NCBI GenBank assembly: GCA_031267175.1
Contig: JAIRZP010000003.1
Span: 1 to 42,440, forward strand
Direction of reading: 5' to 3'
DNA length: 42,440 nt
Source of the DNA: Coriobacteriales bacterium
GTDB lineage: Bacteria > Actinomycetota > Coriobacteriia > Coriobacteriales > UBA8131
Part shown: one piece after another, positions 39,837-42,440 of the stretch
Numbering within the stretch: the stretch's first letter is position 1
Layout of the letters: each line of letters begins with the position of its first letter
Notes under the pieces: generated by a model
Told to the model about the DNA's origin: nothing
The model's input: only the letters and a program-made list of their open reading frames with translations
The model's database searches: none
Position numbers and translations under genes: made by a program

Positions 39837-42440
39837 TCAGTCAACCTGTGCGTCTGCATCCTCTGTTGTCCCGTCTGCCTCTGGCTCATGGCGGCTCAGA
39901 CGACGGATGCCCATGACAGTGCCAACAAGTCCTGCACCGACAAGCGCGACCGCGCAAAGCGCAAGCGGCCAGGGCAGACGCCCGGTCTTGTCAAAGCCGC
40001 CGCCGTCAGGCTCATCGGGCACAGGCGGCAACGGCTCATCGTACATGACGACCGTCTGCACCTCACCGGTGTCGGTGATAGAAAACGCGATGTCCTGAGC
40101 CAACTCATATCCCAAAGGGGCGGTGTCCTCATGGAGGATATAGTCGCCAACAGGGATGCGCTCAATGACGTAGGGTACGTTTGTTGACACCCACTCATAT
40201 AATGCCTCGCCTGTGCGCTTGCCATCCTCACCGGCTGCATAGACGGCCATCTTCGCGCCCGGCAACTCGGATTGCGTCGTGATGTCTTCCTTTGACACGG
40301 ACAGCCGGGTCACGTAATCTTCCATGACCACCGGCTGGACGGTGCCGGAATCCTTAACAACGAACAGCACGTCTTGTGCGGTTGCATAGCCCGCTGCGGC
40401 GACGGTTTCGCGCAGGATATAGCTTCCGGTCGCTATCCCCTGTATGAGATGTGGCTCTGTCTCAGACACCCATGAATAGAGGGCATCGCCTGTCACCATC
40501 CCGTCTGCATCTGCCGCATATATCTCAAGGGTGCAGCCGGGCAGTTCGTCTCCTGTGGTGATGTCACGCTTTGAGACGGACACCTGTAGGGGCACATTCT
40601 CGATGACAAGCTCATAGCTACAGCGTCCCTCGATGAGTCCTTGGTCATCAACGGTGAAGCGGTAGGTTTCATCTGAGGTGACGTAGCCGTCAGGTGCGGT
40701 GACCTCCACGACGGTGTACGAACCGTGGGGGAGGTAGGAAAGAGAAGCGCCGCCGTCTGCGCCGGTGGTCACGGTGAGCTCGTCACCCGTGTCGTCGTTG
40801 GTGATGAAAAACCCTACACCTGAAAGCGGCTCTTTGGTCAAAGCGTCTACCTTACGGATAACAAGCGTGGTCGGCGCGTCTTTGGCCTCAAGTGTCTGAG
40901 TTGTAATCGCCACGTCCTGTCCCGCATAGGAGAGCACGACAGGCCACGCGGCGGTGTCAAGGGCATACCCATCAGGGCTTATCGCCTCGGCCACGATATA
41001 GCTGCCGAGATACAGCGCCTTGGAGCGCGCGATGCCACTGGTATCGGTGGTGACGATATCGACGACCTCTCCGGCGCGGGCGCGAACCGTCCCGTCAAGG
41101 GTGGTGATGTCTCCTGCCGCGCGTATCGTGTAGGTCGCACCCGCCACGGCATCGCCGCTTAAAGAGTCGGACTTGATGATCTCGATGCGGCCTTTGGCGG
41201 GCGCATCGGCAAAGGTTATGGTCAAGGGGTTGTCCCAGTCATATCCCGCCGCAGTCGAGAAGGGTACGTTTACGGGGTTGAGCACGTATCCCGTGCCGTT
41301 GGCGCAAGGGGCGCTGACCTCGTGAAGCTCGTAGTCTCCCCACGGCAAAGGCTCGGGCAGGGTAAGGCGGCCTTGGGCATCGGAGGTGAAGGTGTCAAGC
41401 ACCTGCGTGGTCGGATAATGCACGACCATCTCAACAGGCTTGCCTGATGTCTTGCTGATTATCTGCCACGATGCCGGGTAGGGCACTGTCCGTCCCGTCT
41501 CGGCATCTGCCTTGACCACTTTAAGCGGAGTCTGGATGGTGCCGTTTTGCAGGATGAAGGAATATATCTTGCCATCCTCTGAGACGGTTATGAGCACAGG
41601 GGAGACGGCCTCAAAGCCCGCAGGGGCGCTTCTCTGCACCATGAGGTAGGTGCCATAGGGGATGCCGCCTCTGTCGGTTGCCTTGCGGGCGCGCTGAGAG
41701 TAACTGCCGTCGGGGTTGTCGATGACGTAAAGCGCTGAGGTGTCGGCATGGCCTTCACTGTCCGTCGTGACAGAGAACGCGGGCTTCGCTCCATTGAGGG
41801 GCTTGCTGCCCTCGAACTGCCTGCCTCCGTAAAAGTCGAAGGTGATGCCTTTCTCTGGCACCATCTCGCCGGTGTCGTTATCCGGTGTGGGGTCGTATGC
41901 CTTGATGACGGAGATGTCGCCGCGGATGACCTGCTCCAAAAGCAAAGGGGCGTTGTAGGTCTGTACCACCTCCATGTTCCCTGCGCCGGTTATCTGCTGG
42001 ACGCTTACCTGGCGCGGGGAGGGCAGCACGTAGCCGACAGGTGCGCTCGTTTCCTCGATCACAACCGTGCCCAGAGGGATTACGGCATCGCCGTATGAGT
42101 TGTGGTAAAGCGCATCGCTTCCTCCAGCCAGATAGCTTTCCCGCAACTGCGCCTTGCCCGTCTCATCAGTTGTAAGCCTCCATGTCCGGGTGGGAAGCCC
42201 TGACGCCAAGGCTGCGGCCTCGCTTTCGTAGTAGCCGTCGAAATATCTGACGGTATAGATAGCACCTTTGAGGCTGGCTGAACCCTGGGGCATGGCGGCT
42301 GTGGTGTCAGCGTCAATCTTTCCGACGAGGAACGCCTCCGGGTCAGACTGCGGGCGGTCGCTCACCAAAAGCCGTGTCACCGCTGCGTTGCACTGAACGC
42401 GGTAGGTTGTCATATCCAGAGCGTAGCCTTTGGCGGGCTT
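39837..42440 (-). CDS. Cna-B/SpaA-type repeat surface adhesin with a C-terminal sortase-like anchor; the 5' end lies beyond the right window edge
   Basis: The frame stays open upstream of ATG 42413 to the window end (KPAKGYALD-M...). It contains repeated prealbumin-like modules (e.g. ITTGDELPGCTLEIYAAD...GSYILRETVAAAGY and ITTQSELPGAKMAVYAAG...GDYILHEDTAPLGY). The C-terminus is FDKTG, then a hydrophobic helix, then RRLSR. Confidence 0.8.
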   Translation of the reverse strand, partial: KPAKGYALDMTTYRVQCNAAVTRLLVSDRPQSDPEAFLVGKIDADTTAAMPQGSASLKGAIYTVRYFDGYYESEAAALASGLPTRTWRLTTDETGKAQLRESYLAGGSDALYHNSYGDAVIPLGTVVIEETSAPVGYVLPSPRQVSVQQITGAGNMEVVQTYNAPLLLEQVIRGDISVIKAYDPTPDNDTGEMVPEKGITFDFYGGRQFEGSKPLNGAKPAFSVTTDSEGHADTSALYVIDNPDGSYSQRARKATDRGGIPYGTYLMVQRSAPAGFEAVSPVLITVSEDGKIYSFILQNGTIQTPLKVVKADAETGRTVPYPASWQIISKTSGKPVEMVVHYPTTQVLDTFTSDAQGRLTLPEPLPWGDYELHEVSAPCANGTGYVLNPVNVPFSTAAGYDWDNPLTITFADAPAKGRIEIIKSDSLSGDAVAGATYTIRAAGDITTLDGTVRARAGEVVDIVTTDTSGIARSKALYLGSYIVAEAISPDGYALDTAAWPVVLSYAGQDVAITTQTLEAKDAPTTLVIRKVDALTKEPLSGVGFFITNDDTGDELTVTTGADGGASLSYLPHGSYTVVEVTAPDGYVTSDETYRFTVDDQGLIEGRCSYELVIENVPLQVSVSKRDITTGDELPGCTLEIYAADADGMVTGDALYSWVSETEPHLIQGIATGSYILRETVAAAGYATAQDVLFVVKDSGTVQPVVMEDYVTRLSVSKEDITTQSELPGAKMAVYAAGEDGKRTGEALYEWVSTNVPYVIERIPVGDYILHEDTAPLGYELAQDIAFSITDTGEVQTVVMYDEPLPPVPDEPDGGGFDKTGRLPWPLALCAVALVGAGLVGTVMGIRRLSRHEPEADGTTEDADAQVD

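Larger units (their letters stand above)
14057..42440 (-). mobile_element. Conjugative element backbone (Firmicutes/Actinobacteria-type T4SS plus relaxosome), incomplete in the window; the plus-strand operon at 1.4-14.0 kb is probably its cargo
   Basis: VirB4, T4CP, VirB6-like, PrgI-like, Maff2, CHAP hydrolase, relaxase/MobC, PcfB-like, Toprim/DUF3991, polyvalent helicase-methylase and LPXTG-type adhesin genes co-occur on one strand. No integrase or att sites were seen, so the limits are unknown. Confidence 0.8.

Noticed and set aside
14057-42440. Defining the ICE boundaries, integrase or attachment sites.
   Set aside because: I found no tyrosine, serine or DDE recombinase ORF and no flanking direct repeats within the window. 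The compositional shift near 1.1-1.4 kb could be a border but is not sufficient evidence on its own.

Overview
This window is high-GC (about 60%) mobile DNA of Gram-positive type, in two functional halves. All family assignments come from motif and architecture recognition by eye. No searches were run.

RIGHT PART (about 14.0-42.4 kb, mostly minus strand): the backbone of a Firmicutes/Actinobacteria-type conjugative element (ICE or plasmid). It encodes:
- a CHAP cell-wall hydrolase, a VirB4-like ATPase, PrgI/TcpE-like and VirB6-like membrane proteins, an MT-A70 methyltransferase, Maff2 and a VirD4-type coupling protein;
- ArdC-N-like and PcfB-like proteins, and a MOB relaxase plus MobC with a candidate oriT;
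- a DUF3991/Toprim protein and a 2115-codon polyvalent ORF (ArdC-N-like, N6-methyltransferase, SNF2 helicase) that has a TnpV-like gene nested out of frame inside it;
- a YraN-like nuclease, two diverged VapD-type two-gene modules, and a Cna-B/SpaA-type surface adhesin that runs off the right edge.
I saw no integrase, att site, rRNA, tRNA or CRISPR array, so the element borders cannot be set.

LEFT PART (about 1.4-14.0 kb, plus strand): one tightly packed, Shine-Dalgarno-led, partly translationally coupled operon that I cannot match to any described system. In order it encodes:
- Cys-rich micro-proteins, including a free-standing DnaJ-type 4x CxxCxGxG zinc finger;
- a protein with tandem 14-residue repeats ending in Arg-Gly-Gly, followed by a strong hairpin;
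- two small paralogs (one with a Cys, one without);
- a JAB(JAMM)-ThiF/E1 fusion and a ClpB-D2-like AAA+ ATPase;
- a LemA-like membrane protein and an HExxH metallopeptidase;
- a degenerate FtsZ-like protein coupled to a degenerate SEDS (FtsW/RodA)-like membrane protein;
- a vWA-like/CbxX-type AAA+ fusion and a J-domain protein;
- then, after a terminator, a CX5R phosphatase-like protein.
My leading hypothesis is a conjugative-element-borne peptide-tagging plus unfolding/proteolysis (ubiquitin-like) conflict or host-manipulation system.

The left edge (1-1067, minus strand) carries a long AT-rich ORF of unknown function that runs off the window.
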